Assembly: GCA_965153455.1 (NCBI GenBank) | Contig: OZ234493.1 | Coordinates: 14,064,213-14,128,212 of the forward strand | From: Sphagnum compactum | Lineage: Eukaryota | DNA length: 64,000 bases | Direction of reading: 5' to 3' | Notes under the pieces: model-generated | Seen by the model: the letters and a program-made list of their open reading frames with translations, nothing else | Told to the model about the DNA's origin: nothing | The model's database searches: none | In this document: positions 52,393-64,000 of the stretch, one piece after another | Layout of the letters: every line of letters begins with the position of its first letter | Numbering within the stretch: the first letter of the stretch is position 1 | Made by a program: the position numbers and the translations under genes

Positions 52393-54208
52393 CTAACACA
52401 TATCACTATCTACAATCCCGTGTTTAGCGCAGTATGCAGCTGCTGCATTTGCAGCCTTTGCTGTATGACGAACAATGTACAAATGCCGGCGTTGCATCTC
52501 TACTTGAATTGCATTTGCAACAAACTGGGCCTTTGTCTGGTCCTGTACCCTGTAAACACCCAAAAATCACAAAATTAACCCTAAACACACCTTGGATGAA
52601 ATACAATAAAAAACAATAAACATTATTTATTATTGTTTCTTACCTTCCATGAATCATTCTAGATTCATGAAAATCCAAAACATCTCCCAGCTGTTTTTTC
52701 CGAGATGTTTTACTGGACTCTCGCTCCCAGTTCTTCACATCCCATGTCGTCTTTAATTTTCGTGCATATGCACAACGGGTGGATCGGATCGTCCCATGTA
52801 AGTCTTCATCCTTCTCCATTCGTACAATTGCATCTGGCGCCACACTGCCCACGCCCCAAGCATTGAGGCCCAAAACCTTCAACAATTGTTCTTGGGTTAA
52901 TCTGACCAAAGCAGGTTTTGGCAATGGTGGATACTGTTTTGCAACAGCCACCAGGTGATTCCACTCGCGCTCTGCTTTGGCACGAGCACGACTAGCAACT
53001 TTCTGGTCATTCCTCCTTTGAACAGCCATCGCATTTCCCAAAATGCGAGCGTTCATCTTGGCATGGTCCTGATGTTGAAGACCTCCTGTAGCAGTTGAAG
53101 GCTTCCCAGGTTTGGACTTTTCTGCCACCAAACCATGCGCCTCCTTCAGATGCTTGGTCAATAGCCATTTTGCACAATATGCCACAGTGCAATTGCCGAC
53201 TCTGCACTTCCATTTGGACCCAACCTTTGTCCATTCCTTATCCTTCCGAGCCAAATTAGCTGGACAAACAAGTGCAAGTGGTTGAGAAGCTTGCTCAGTT
53301 TCCAGTTCCAAACCTAAACCCAAAAAATGAAAGTTCAAAAAACAGAATGCAGGTATTGCAAAACATTAAATCACAAAATCACATACTACTCCTATAAACA
53401 TGAACTGTTTTAAGGTATTGCAGTAAAAAAAATTTGACAAAAAAATTCCCACACCTTCCAACAAATGATGGAAGGTGCGGAGATAATTAAACTTAAAGAA
53501 AACTTGTACAATGTTATTAATCTGTAATTAATCTAATGTCCTATCTTCTAATGTCCACAAATTCTAAAACAATCTATACCAATGCTATCCTTGTGTTTCA
53601 ATTTTGATAGAGCACAATTTTTCTCACCAATTTCCTGATCTGATGCAACAACACTTCCATCAGCAATTACTACATCTGATGCAGCAACACTTCGGTCATC
53701 AATTGCTTCATTTAATGTAGCGACATTTTGTTGGGCAGTTGCTGCATTTGATGCAGCAACATTTTGCTGGGCAGTTGCTGCATTTGATGCAGCAACATTT
53801 TGCTCGGCACCTCCCGCATTTGATGTAGCAACATTTTGCTCGGCACCTCCCGCATTTGATGCAGCAACATTTTGCTCGGCACCTCCCGCATTTGATGCAG
53901 CAACATTTTGCTCGGCACCTCCCACATTTGATGCAGCAACATTTTGCTGCATAACTTCCACATTTGATGCAGCAACATTGTGCTGAAGAATTGCCGCATC
54001 TAATGCAGCAACAAGTGGCTCAGCACTTGCCTCATCTCCTCCAGCAACATATGAAAGAAGAATCGGCTCATCTGAAACAGCAACATTTGGCAAAAGACTT
54101 GCCTCATTTGCTGCAGCATAATCTTGCCTCATTTGCTGCAGCATAATCTTGCCTCTTGCCTTCCAACTCACCACCACCGCTCTTCCTTAATCTTCTTCCC
54201 CTACCCAT
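52393..54208 (-). CDS. MULE accessory gene: unknown protein with 12-aa repeats and a C2H2 zinc finger; exons 54208-53628, 53313-52644, 52549-52393 (about 460 aa if a 25-bp duplication is removed)
   Basis: GT-AG introns (phase 1 and phase 2) join three open frames. Contains (NVAASNAGGAEQ)n and CRVGNCTVAYCAKWLLTKHLKEAH; the last exon reads VQDQTKAQFV...GIVDSDMC*. A 25-bp tandem duplication near the start shifts the first ATG out of frame. Confidence 0.72.
53745..53985 (-). repeat. 36-bp coding tandem repeat (12-aa unit)
   Basis: GCATTTGATGCAGCAACATTTTGCTCGGCACCTCCC repeated about 7 times with variation. Confidence 0.9.
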
Positions 54209-54289
54209 TACAACCTCCAACCCTAAACCAAAAACCACCAGTTTGTTAATTCTAATGAACTAAAGCATACGCAACAATAAAGAAAAAAA

Positions 54290-55800
54290 AAAACAATTGC
54301 CACCATAGAGAAAGGTGACGACATTGCTGCCGTCACCTTCTTCGCAGCAAAACCATAAAAGAAAGGCGGAGGACGCCACTTCCTTATAGCAAAGCCATCG
54401 AAGAAGGTGCTGGCAGCTATCGTCATCTTCTTCTTCAATATAAATTCTCCTACGTTGAAAAACTACAAGAAGAAGGCGCCTTCTTTTGCTGCGCTGCAGC
54501 GCAGCAAAACCAAAAGAGGAAGGTGACGGTAGATGTCGTTGCCTTCGTCTGTAGCACAGCAGCAAGAAAAAAAAAAAGGCAACGGCAGCGTGGCTGCCGT
54601 CGCCTTCTTCACTGCGCTGCAATGCTGCAGTGCAGCGCAGCAACAAAAAAAAACCAATGAGCCTTCTTTGTGGAGCTGCGTTGCAGCGCAGCTCCGCAGT
54701 ACGGAGAAGGAGGCGACGGCAGCTGCCGTCGCTTTCTTCGTGGAGCTGCGCTACAACGCGGCTCTGCAGCAGACAGAAGAAGGCGACGGTAGCTGCCGTC
54801 GCCTTCTTCTTCCTTTTTTTTTTACAACACGAAGAAGAAGAAGGCGCGGCAGCTGCCGTCGCCTTCTTCTTCCTTTCTTTTTTACAACACGAAGAAGAAG
54901 AAGGCGCGGCAGCTGCCGTCGCCTTCTTCTTTTTCTTTTTTTTTCAACACGAAGAAGAAGAAGGCGACGGCAGCTGACGTCGCCTTCTTCGTGGAGCTAC
55001 GCTGCGTTGCAGCGCAGCTCCACAGCAGGAAGAAGAAGGCGACGGCAGCTGCCGTCGCCTTCTTCTTCCTTTTTTTTTTGCAACACGAAGAAGAAGAAGG
55101 CGACGGCAGCTGCCATCGCCTTCTTCTTTTTTTTTTTTTTTACAACACGAAGAAGAAGAAGGCAACGGGGCAGCTGCCGTCGCCTTCTTCGTCGAGCTAC
55201 GCTGCGCTGCAGCGCAGCTCCACAGCAGGAAGAAGAAGGCGACGGCAACTGCCGTCGCCTTCTTCTTCCTTTTTTTTTGGCAACACGAAGAAGAAGAAGC
55301 TAGCTGCCGTCGCCTTCTTTGTGGAGCTACGCTGCGCTGCAGCGGAGCTCCACAGCAGGAAGAAGAAGGCGACGGCAGCTGCCGTCGCCTTCTTCGTGGA
55401 GCTACGCTGCGCTGCAGCGCAGCTCCACAGCAGGAAGAAGAAGGCGACGGCAGCTACCATCGCCTTCTTCTTCCTTTTTTATTTTGCAACACGAAGAAGA
55501 AGAAGAAGAAGGCGACGGCAGCTGCCGTCGCCTTCTTCTTCTTCTTTTTTTTGCAACACGAAGACGAAGAAGGCGACGGCAGTTGCAGCGCAGCTCCACA
55601 GCAGGAAGAAGAAGGCGACAGCTGCTGTCGCCTTCTTCTTCCTTTTTTATTTTGCAACACGAAGAAGAAGAAGGCGACGGCAGCTGCCGTCGCCTTCTTC
55701 TTCCTCTTTTTCTTTTTTCTTGCAACACAAAGAAGAAGAAGGCGACAGCAGCAACGCTGCCATCGCCCTCTTCTTCTTTGTTTTTCTTGCAACACAAAGA
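54290..55800. repeat. Array of about 20 GC-rich palindromes
   Basis: The perfect palindrome GAAGAAGGCGACGGCAGCTGCCGTCGCCTTCTTC and variants alternate with T-tract/CAACAC spacers or with GTGGAGCTACGCTGCGCTGCAGCGCAGCTCCAC. Confidence 0.93.
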
Positions 55801-56595
55801 GCTGCATTGTGAAGCTGCGCTGCGTATCTTGTGCATCGCAGCTCTACAAACAAACAAACAAACAAACAAAAGGAAGATGCTTACCTGGGTCTCGCGTGGG
55901 TCCCGCTCCGGCTCTAGGCTCCCGTGCTCCAAGCTCTCGCTCCCGCTCCAGGCTCCCCTGCTCCAAGCTCGCTCCCGCTCAACGTCTCTGGAGCTCTGGC
56001 GATGGAGTGAGGGGGAGGGGTTGGTAGGTGGTAGGTAAGAGGGGGGGAGGTAGGTGGTAGGCAGGAGGGGGGAAGGCAGGAGGGGGGAGGTAGATGGTAG
56101 GTAGGAGGGGGGAGGTATGTCGTAGGTAGGAGGGAAAATTTTGGGGCAGGTAGGAGGGAAAATTTTGGGGTAGAGAAGAGGTGAAAAAAAAAAATATTTG
56201 GGCAGTCCGGATGTGGTTTTGGTTCATCCCCAAAACGGGTTGAACGGGCTCATCCTCAACTGGTGCATTGGTGGCTGCTAATTCACTCAAGCCCTCAACT
56301 TGGAAACACTCAAATGACCATAGGTTAACATTTCATGAGGGCTATGGACAGTGTGCAGATTCCAAGTGGGTGTCAGTTGGAGTTTCTTATTAGGGCACCA
56401 TAACTTCAGAGCTTTCTTCATATTTACTCCAAATTTGTTTCCCAACTTCTGGAATTTTGCATCAATGTTTGGTGGTGATGTTTTCTTCTAAGTATCTTTT
56501 CCTCTACCCGAAATTCAATGGTTGTATTGTAACATGACCATGTGGAAGATTCTTGGAGTTTTTTTGTGGTATAACAAAATGTGAGGATAGAGATT

Positions 56596-56991
56596 ATGGA
56601 GATGCATCCAGGTGGGTGCGTAGACAACAATTTTCAGATGGCCAGAAAAGTGAGGGGTTGCTGCTGGTGTATTGGATTCGACAAAGTGCAGGAGTTCTTA
56701 GACATGACAGTGTGGGTTATGTTGCTGGCAATGGCCTATTCTGGTCATGAATTTGGTGTTTTTGGACAACCGACCTTACCAAGTTCTTATGGAGGGATAA
56801 ACGGGAATACACTGATGAATATGACAGCAACTTCATGGCCTCCAGCACAAGGACCTTTTGCCACCTTCACCTTTTTTGCCCCAGCCAATTCTGCTCTGGA
56901 GGTGCAGATATATATCCTTTCTAGACTTCAACATGAAAGGTGAATCGATGAAGGTTCAGGAGATAGATGAATAGCTTAAATGCAACACCAC

Positions 56992-57041
<50 letters not shown>

Positions 57042-58116
57042 GAGTGGCAGTTCAAGCATATTAGATAGAAGAAAGCAGCATTGCTTTGAATTTTAATAGG
57101 GTTCAATGTGATTCAATTCTACTTGCTTTGCTTTGCGGTTGAAAGATTTTGAAAGCTTGAAAACCAGATCTTTTTAAATTTGAAAAAAGAGCTAGAGATC
57201 CAAACTTGCATATTATATGAGTTTTCTAAGAATTTTTACAGGGTTTGTTTGTGCATGATTCTCATGGCTACCAGGATTGTTGTTTTTGTTGTGTTGGTGG
57301 TATGGTGAATCAAGGACAGAAATTCCCGTGCCTGTTTTCAGGTACAGGAAGCGAGAGTGGAACACTAGCTGTAAGTGTGTTGCAATATCACATAATTCCA
57401 AACAGGGTGTATACCTATGATCAATTGAAACAACTGGCAGATACAGCTGATTTTATGGCGACAACGGCATTTGCTGGGCAAACGCTTAATGTGTCAACGG
57501 GAACCTTCAAACTCAATGGCTATGCAAAAATTGTCAAACCGGATATATATCAGTCATATGCACGCCAAAAGATCCATGGCATTGACTCCATGCTCATTCC
57601 TCCTGGCATGCAGGTGATCAAACTAGAATTGCCTCAAAGTTTTGCATTGTAAAGAATTCTGAGCATTCTCAGAATTGGCACTATAAGTATTGAGAAGCCT
57701 GAAACTCATACCTTTAATTCATGCTCATGTTGTACTTGTTTGCGGGAATGAGTTTTTTCCACACATGTAAGTAGCCCTCTAAGATGCCAATCAGTTGACT
57801 TAGCTGGGACAACAAAAAGCATTTTGCACGTTCATCAAGTGGATTAGAAAACCAAACAAATTAGGGTTCAATGTTGGCAGCAATTTCTATAATTCTCTCG
57901 CCCATGGAGAGGCCATGAAGATGGAAACTGTGTAAATAATCTACTAATGTCGCATATAAATTTTATAATCTACATAATCTACTAGAGCTTCACAAATTAT
58001 GTAGTGTATATTTATTTGAATTTGTTCAATTTTTGCAGCTTGGGTGTGGACCATATGCTCCAATTGTAAAGCCTGTCACCGAAACCCAAAGTGCTTCTGA
58101 TCCAGCTTGTAAATGA
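56596..58116 (+). CDS. Fasciclin (FAS1)-domain protein (FLA-like); exons about 56596 (or 56704)-56901, 57320 (or 57242)-57613, 58039-58116
   Basis: FAS1 H1 TFFAPANSAL, YH motif VLQYHIIP and H2 IHGIDSMLIP. Phase-0 GT-AG junctions and a hydrophobic signal-like MTVWVMLLAMAYSG. The start codon and exon-2 acceptor are uncertain. Confidence 0.72.
56996..57038. repeat. (CT)n microsatellite in the fasciclin gene intron
   Basis: About 21 CT units. Confidence 0.95.
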
Positions 58117-60976
58117 TCACACACTTTTGAACTCTAGTGAATTGCTTCCAAACTGTTGATTACTACTCTCTACAACAATTGAAAATGAACTGATTTAGTT
58201 CCTTAAAAACCCTACAAGAGCTTGTTGTAATAATTGGTATAATTTTCTCTCTGAAATTCTCCGAGCTTCAAAGGTGATGGAGAAATTCCGAGGGAATAAT
58301 TTCACATCACATTAGACTTCTCTTCTCTGGATTAGTAAGGTTTTTCAATGATATTATTATGATCAGGTGGACAAAAAGATCGGGAGAAATTTCACTAGTA
58401 AAGTGTTTGGAGGTTGTGCTTTTGGGTGTTTACAGTGTCACTTCAACTAGAGAGGTTGAGATACATTGACATTGGAATTGCAATTTGGAGTTTAGTGGCC
58501 AATCTGTGAAGAAGATGTTACTTTGTGCTCAGATTTTTGAAACACTGTGAATAATTACATTTTATTGTGTTAAAATTTCACTGAAACATTTGGTGCCTAG
58601 TTCTTCTCTAATATCTATTTAGCCTTGATTTGTTGCTATTTCTCAGGACTAGCTCTAGTTGTAGGTGACTATGTAAACATGGTGAGTGAGAGCTTGAATT
58701 GCATAGAGTGCATTGAAAAAGTCCCAATTCTATGGCTATTCAAGAAGGCAAGATGTGATTATGTGATTATGTTTGTATCCCCGTCATACAAATTTGAACT
58801 TCTTTAGCATTACTAGTTTGAATCGGTCTTTGTAGATCATTTCAAAGAATTTACACCATCACACACCTTACTCAACATTTATTTCTTTTAATGCACCATG
58901 TGCAATTCATTAACTTATCTTGTCATGTGTAGATCCAAGTAGAAGAACTTGGTTCAAGCTAAATATGTTGCCAACATCTTTTGTTTGTTGGCCTTGCCTA
59001 CTAAGGCAAGGATATTATTGTAAATAGATTCATTATAGAGTATAATAGTAGCTTAGTGGATTTTGGCCCCTAGGTAGTAGTAGGTCTATTTTTATAAGAG
59101 GATTTTTGAAAGATGATGTTTTGGCTTGTGTTGAAACTTGAGATTAGTTATAATAGAGTTATGATGTGTTGAAGGATTTTGGTTTTCTTTAGAGGATTCT
59201 TTTGAAGATTATATATTTGCATGGTGAAATATTTGAATTTTCGTAATTCTTCTTTTGCCTTAAGATTCTTTTTAGTGTAAATGACAAGGCCACAATTTGA
59301 CACACCCCTTGTTTCAAATCAAGGTTGTGCTTTTACATGCATCCATATGTAGTATTTGGTATTAATTTATTGACTCAATGGCTACTCACTTGTTTCATTG
59401 TGCCTATGGTGAACATGTACCCGAACATACATTGATATTATACTAGAACCCCCCATGGCTGGGGGAAAAGCTCTGGATTAATCCAAGAACATAGAAAGGC
59501 ACATGTTAAAAAAAAAAAATTCCGTATCCATGTAAGTAAAGGATTTTAAAATATATATATAATAATAATTTTATGATCATATACAAATTTATGAAAGGTA
59601 CTCTACTAGTTAAATTTTAATTTTATGATCATATGAGTTTAATCTTTGAACAAGGTTCCAAACCGAGCAAAATCCCAAAAACCTAAGAAGCAATTGAGTA
59701 TGAGAGATGGATGGTGAGAGGGAAGAAAACATTTTTCTTGGGCTCCAACTCTGTAGCTAACCATGGTAATTATCTCAGTTTTTGTTCTTATTACCTATCT
59801 ACTAATAACCCATTAGCCCTCACCTGTGTATTAATCACCTACAGGCACTTATATAATAAGATGAGCCTTTAACAACAAGAGGGGGTGCTTTTTTTTTAAT
59901 CCTAAAATGAGGTTTTCATTTGAAAAACCCTCATTTGAAATCTTAAATTAAAGATAAGTTTAAGTTCGACAAAACCACTCAAGCTTATCTAAAATCAACA
60001 TAAGGATATTTATTTACCCCAATAGGACAACTTTTTATCTTATGGTCAAAAGCTATTACTTTTTACTCATGATAATTTGTGTGACGAGATTATACCCTCA
60101 TTGGTTTAAAGATCATACTCTAGGTGGTTAGTATTAGGCTTTAGAGGGTTTATGTGGTGTTAGCTTCAAGGTTGGTGATTGATGCTCTTGTTTTTGTTTT
60201 CTTTCCTCTTGTTTTTGTTCTCCTCCTCTGTTGAATATTATTAATTTTTCCTCTCTTTTTAAATGTTTTCTCTTTCCCAATGTCCTCCTCTTAACAAATG
60301 TTGAAGATTCATTCTCAAACACATCTTGAAGATTCATTCTACCGTATCAATAAATGACATAACACATGCATTGGAAAGTTAATGAATTTATAATTTATTT
60401 TGTATTTTTAAAACCAAATGATTTTTTTAAAAACCAGTGTATAATAATGGATTGTATGAAAAATGTGAGAACCAACTTACCTAAAAACTAACATGTAATT
60501 TTTTTTTGGCGGCAAAAATTGAACCCTTTTGTGGGCATCACAAGAATAATAATAATAAAATTAAATTTAAAAAAATCCAAACACTAATACAGTTCTTAGA
60601 AACTATAGTGATAAAAAAAAAAAAAATGAAATTACCCATCATTGGTTTTTCTCTAACATTTTAGGAAAGTTGCCCATGTGGTCCTTCTATGCATGTTTTG
60701 TTTTGTTTGCTAGGTGGCTCAACCCTAGTTTGAAGTCCAAATATATACCACAACAATAAAAAATAAGAATATGAAGTATGCAAGACATAAATTTTATAAA
60801 ATTTTATTATGGAAACATAAAGAAAAATAAAGTTGTGATGCAAGATCATATCTTGCAATTAATGTTGAATTGATTAAAAATAATGAGAGGTCCTAATTTT
60901 ATTTATATTCATTTGAGAACCTAATTCAAAAAAGTTTCTATGGATGCTTTCATATGTTCACTATCTATAAATAAAT

Positions 60977-61007
<31 letters not shown>

Positions 61008-64000
61008 CATACATACATTTGTAAATAAATTACAAATTGATATAAGTTAGTTATGAATAAATTTCATCAATTGTGGATGAAAAATAAAATCCATCCATCC
61101 ATGATGATGTCAATAATGATGTTGATGATGTTAATTGATATTGGCTTTCACAACACCTTGAAGGGCACACATTCCACACACAAACCTTTATATTTTCATA
61201 ATTCAACTCCCTTTTATGTCATTTAGAATCCTTGAAATTTCAAATGCAACCATCCCACACACAAAACTCCTAAACTTTCATAACTCAATTAAAGATTGTT
61301 GTAGATGCAAAAGTTTGATGAATGATGCAATTGAAGAAGAAAGTCTCAAAAAGGAGTAGAAAGATAATTTTTAAAAACAATGAATCATAAAGAAAACAAA
61401 AGGAGTTGATGACTTCCCCTAACCAATGAATGATATGGGAAATAGTTACATCTTTCCTATCCAAAGATGTAGATGGTTATTGTCCTTTAGCACAAGGATG
61501 GACAATGGTGAGAAGACCTTTTGTGTTGTCATGCAAGGTGGCAATTCGATACTAAGTACCACCCCCTCCTTTAGATCATTTCCTAAGTTGCCCATTTGCA
61601 TGGCCTTGGAAGGAGTTGTCACTTGGTGATTTAAATGACCAATAGAAAAAAATTGCACCAGCCCCCAACATTTTTATTTTACTTTTACCAGAAAAATAAT
61701 GAACAACCGAGTTTTTTTTTTCCAAAAATTATTTTTGTCTTGTAGTAGAAATTGCAATCATCCATAACATGATTTAACCAAATTTGGCTTTAAGAAAAAT
61801 GAATGTAGCATCATTTAAAGATCTTTCAATTTTATGGCTACTTTTTGAGACCTGAAGTAAAATTTAGATGATTGGTCCCCAAAAAAAGTTCAAATTTGGC
61901 CATCAAAAACCTAGAAAAACTCTCAATTGTTGCATTTTGCCAAAAAATTGCTGTGGATGCCAAATTTTGCACCAAAAAAAAGTTTTTTTGCAACCTTGAC
62001 CTTGTGTTGAGACTTTGAACTTCAAATTTCTTCCTTCCTATTGTGCATATATTGTAGCCTTTTTGTCAATTTTTATACATTGTGATTCATGTGATAAGCA
62101 TTTTTTCATAGCCTTTCATGTGAGCGGCACTTCCTTTTTTTTTTGCCTTTATGATGATAGGCAAAAAAAAATTTAATTCCTTTCATTTGACATGCAAGTT
62201 TCCTTTTGACCTTCTTTGCATGTTAAAATGCATGTGATAGGAAGTGATAGACAAAAATTCCTACCTTGCATTATAGAAAACATTTAAGGCATAACTAAAG
62301 GATCCATTTGGGCTTCATCATGCTAACCACCAAATGTTTTCAATTTAGTATGTTGAATATTTGTCATTTAAAAGGGAAAGCCATTATGTAACAGGTCACT
62401 TAGATGTTAAAATAAGTGTTTGCTTGGATGTCATCACATTGTAACCCTCCCAAACCATGGGGTTTCTTGATGCCATTGGAAGGCCCTCAACAAAACAATG
62501 AGCATGTCTATCATTTCAGAATTTTTGAACCCATGGAGCAAAAGTTATTGAATTTAAAACAATTTTTGTCTTTGGAAATCAATCAAATCTTTTTAAAAGT
62601 TTGTTTTTTCACTTTAACTCTAAAGTTAAACCCATTTTAACTTGAATAGTATTGGTATGGGTGACCTTACAAGAACAAGTTTACCATATTAGGAACAATG
62701 GCACAAGGCCCATTAGCATTCAAGAAATTTTCCAAAAGTGAACTCACGGTTCATGATCGTAATAACTATTAGAAGTGTTAATTTAGTTGTCTAGTTAAGT
62801 TATAATTAAATTAGACTTAAATTGGATTAGTGTAATTAAATATCTTTTAGTTTAAAATTATTTCAAGTGTGAATTGAATTTGAAATATTTGATGTTTGAA
62901 ATATCATTTTGTGATTTGTGATTTTAAACATTTTTGTGAATTCAAAAAATCTACTCATCTATAATAAACAAGAATCCAAACCCAAAACATGTCACATGTA
63001 GATGTAAAATGTGTATCAGAACACTAAAAAAACTTGCATAAACAAATTTTGATTTGAACATGATGCATCATTTAGGGTATTTTGTGTTGTTTGTTCATAT
63101 GTGTATGAATAGTGATAGTTATAGGTGATGACATGATAGTGTACAACATAACACCTAATGAATTGATGATTCACTTTTTTTCAACTAGGAAAATACAATT
63201 TCAACAAACAAAGGATTTTGGTGAAATGACCCTAATTTGCCAGATTTTGAAAAAATAAAAATAAAAATAAAAATCACCAATTTTTTCGCAAAAGGTTCCA
63301 AGCAAAGTAGCCAAAATATAAAAGGATTCGTAAAATTTTCTACTTTCATAGTTGGTCGATAGCCAAATTTGGCTAAATCTTCTTGTGGATGGACGAAAAA
63401 ACTTTGCTTTGCAAACATAACTCAAAATATGGGACCAAATGAAAACTAAGTACTTACATCATTGCATTGCATTGCATAGTCATGTCATGTTTCTTTTCCT
63501 CTCCTTCTCCTCTCGTTCTGTCCTGCTGCTGCAACTCTTCGTCTTGGCCGATACCTCTTCAGATCAGTCATGTTGAATAACAAGCTCCTCCCTCCCTCCC
63601 TCCCTCCACCACCACCCTCCTCCTCCTCCTCCTCCTCCTCCAACAAAATTGTCGCTCCCATTACAATATCAAGTTGCCTATCGATTGCGGGATTTTTTTA
63701 TCCTAAGGAGGCGACGACTGACTGAACGGTGCAACAATCTGTGGAGGCGTGGTGCATTTCAGATCCAAATGAAAATTTGCAGTGAAAATGCTGAAAGAAA
63801 GAAAGCCATTACTACTTTTCATGTGATGATGACGACCAAAGCTTCAGCGAGTTGAATACTGTTGATGCTGCTGTTGTGGGGCCCCCGTAGTAGCATTCAT
63901 GTCGTAACCACGCCTCGGTCTGCAAAATGGAGAAGAAGGGATGGCAGATTGAATCAAGAAGATCGAGGGTTTCAATCGCTTGCTGCTTCCAAACGCACAA

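Larger units (their letters stand above)
41651..56293. mobile_element. Mutator-like element (MULE), 14,643 bp, with two convergent genes
   Basis: 37-bp TIRs at 41651-41687 (GGCCAGAGTGAATTAACAGCCACCAATGCACCAGTTG) and 56257-56293 match at 34/37. The 9-bp TSD CTCAACTTG is perfect at 41642-41650 and 56294-56302. An internal MULE/SWIM transposase is present. Confidence 0.95.

Noticed and set aside
54290-55800. CRISPR-like appearance (palindromic repeat plus spacer)
   Set aside because: The spacers are themselves repeated or low-complexity, there are no cas genes, and the context is a eukaryotic TE.
54223-56038. Many long overlapping ORFs on both strands (RRRRRQLPSPSSS, KKKKATAAAVAFFF)
   Set aside because: Artefacts of the stop-poor palindromic repeat array.
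63480-64000. Possible start of another gene (CT/CCT-rich leader-like sequence)
   Set aside because: No recognisable coding motif before the window ends, so it cannot be called.

Overview
This is an AT-rich eukaryotic land-plant genomic window with GT-AG introns, microsatellites and many TE remnants. Gene content and repeat style suggest a bryophyte, possibly Sphagnum-like; that assignment is inference only. Host genes: an intact 3-exon EMS1/EXS-type LRR receptor kinase (28594-33497, +), a 5'-truncated A-type cytochrome P450 pseudogene (36046-37191, -) and a small fasciclin (FAS1)-domain gene (about 56596-58116, +). Mobile DNA: a complete but decayed 4.0 kb hAT element with 17-bp TIRs and an 8-bp TSD (5057-9098), several MITEs and retroelement remnants, and a 14.6 kb Mutator-like element (41651-56293; 37-bp TIRs, 9-bp TSD CTCAACTTG). 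The MULE is the most unusual part of the window. It carries a spliced SWIM/DDE transposase with one premature stop and a convergent spliced accessory gene encoding an unrecognised C2H2 zinc-finger protein with 12-aa repeats. It also has dozens of TGCAATACC motifs in ~80-bp arrays and about 20 CpG-rich palindromes inside the accessory gene's predicted 5' UTR intron. This layout recalls the VANDAL/VANC anti-silencing arrangement, although I do not recognise the protein as VANC. A MIRNA-like hairpin at about 10193-10291 also deserves a check. All counts and alignments were made by eye.
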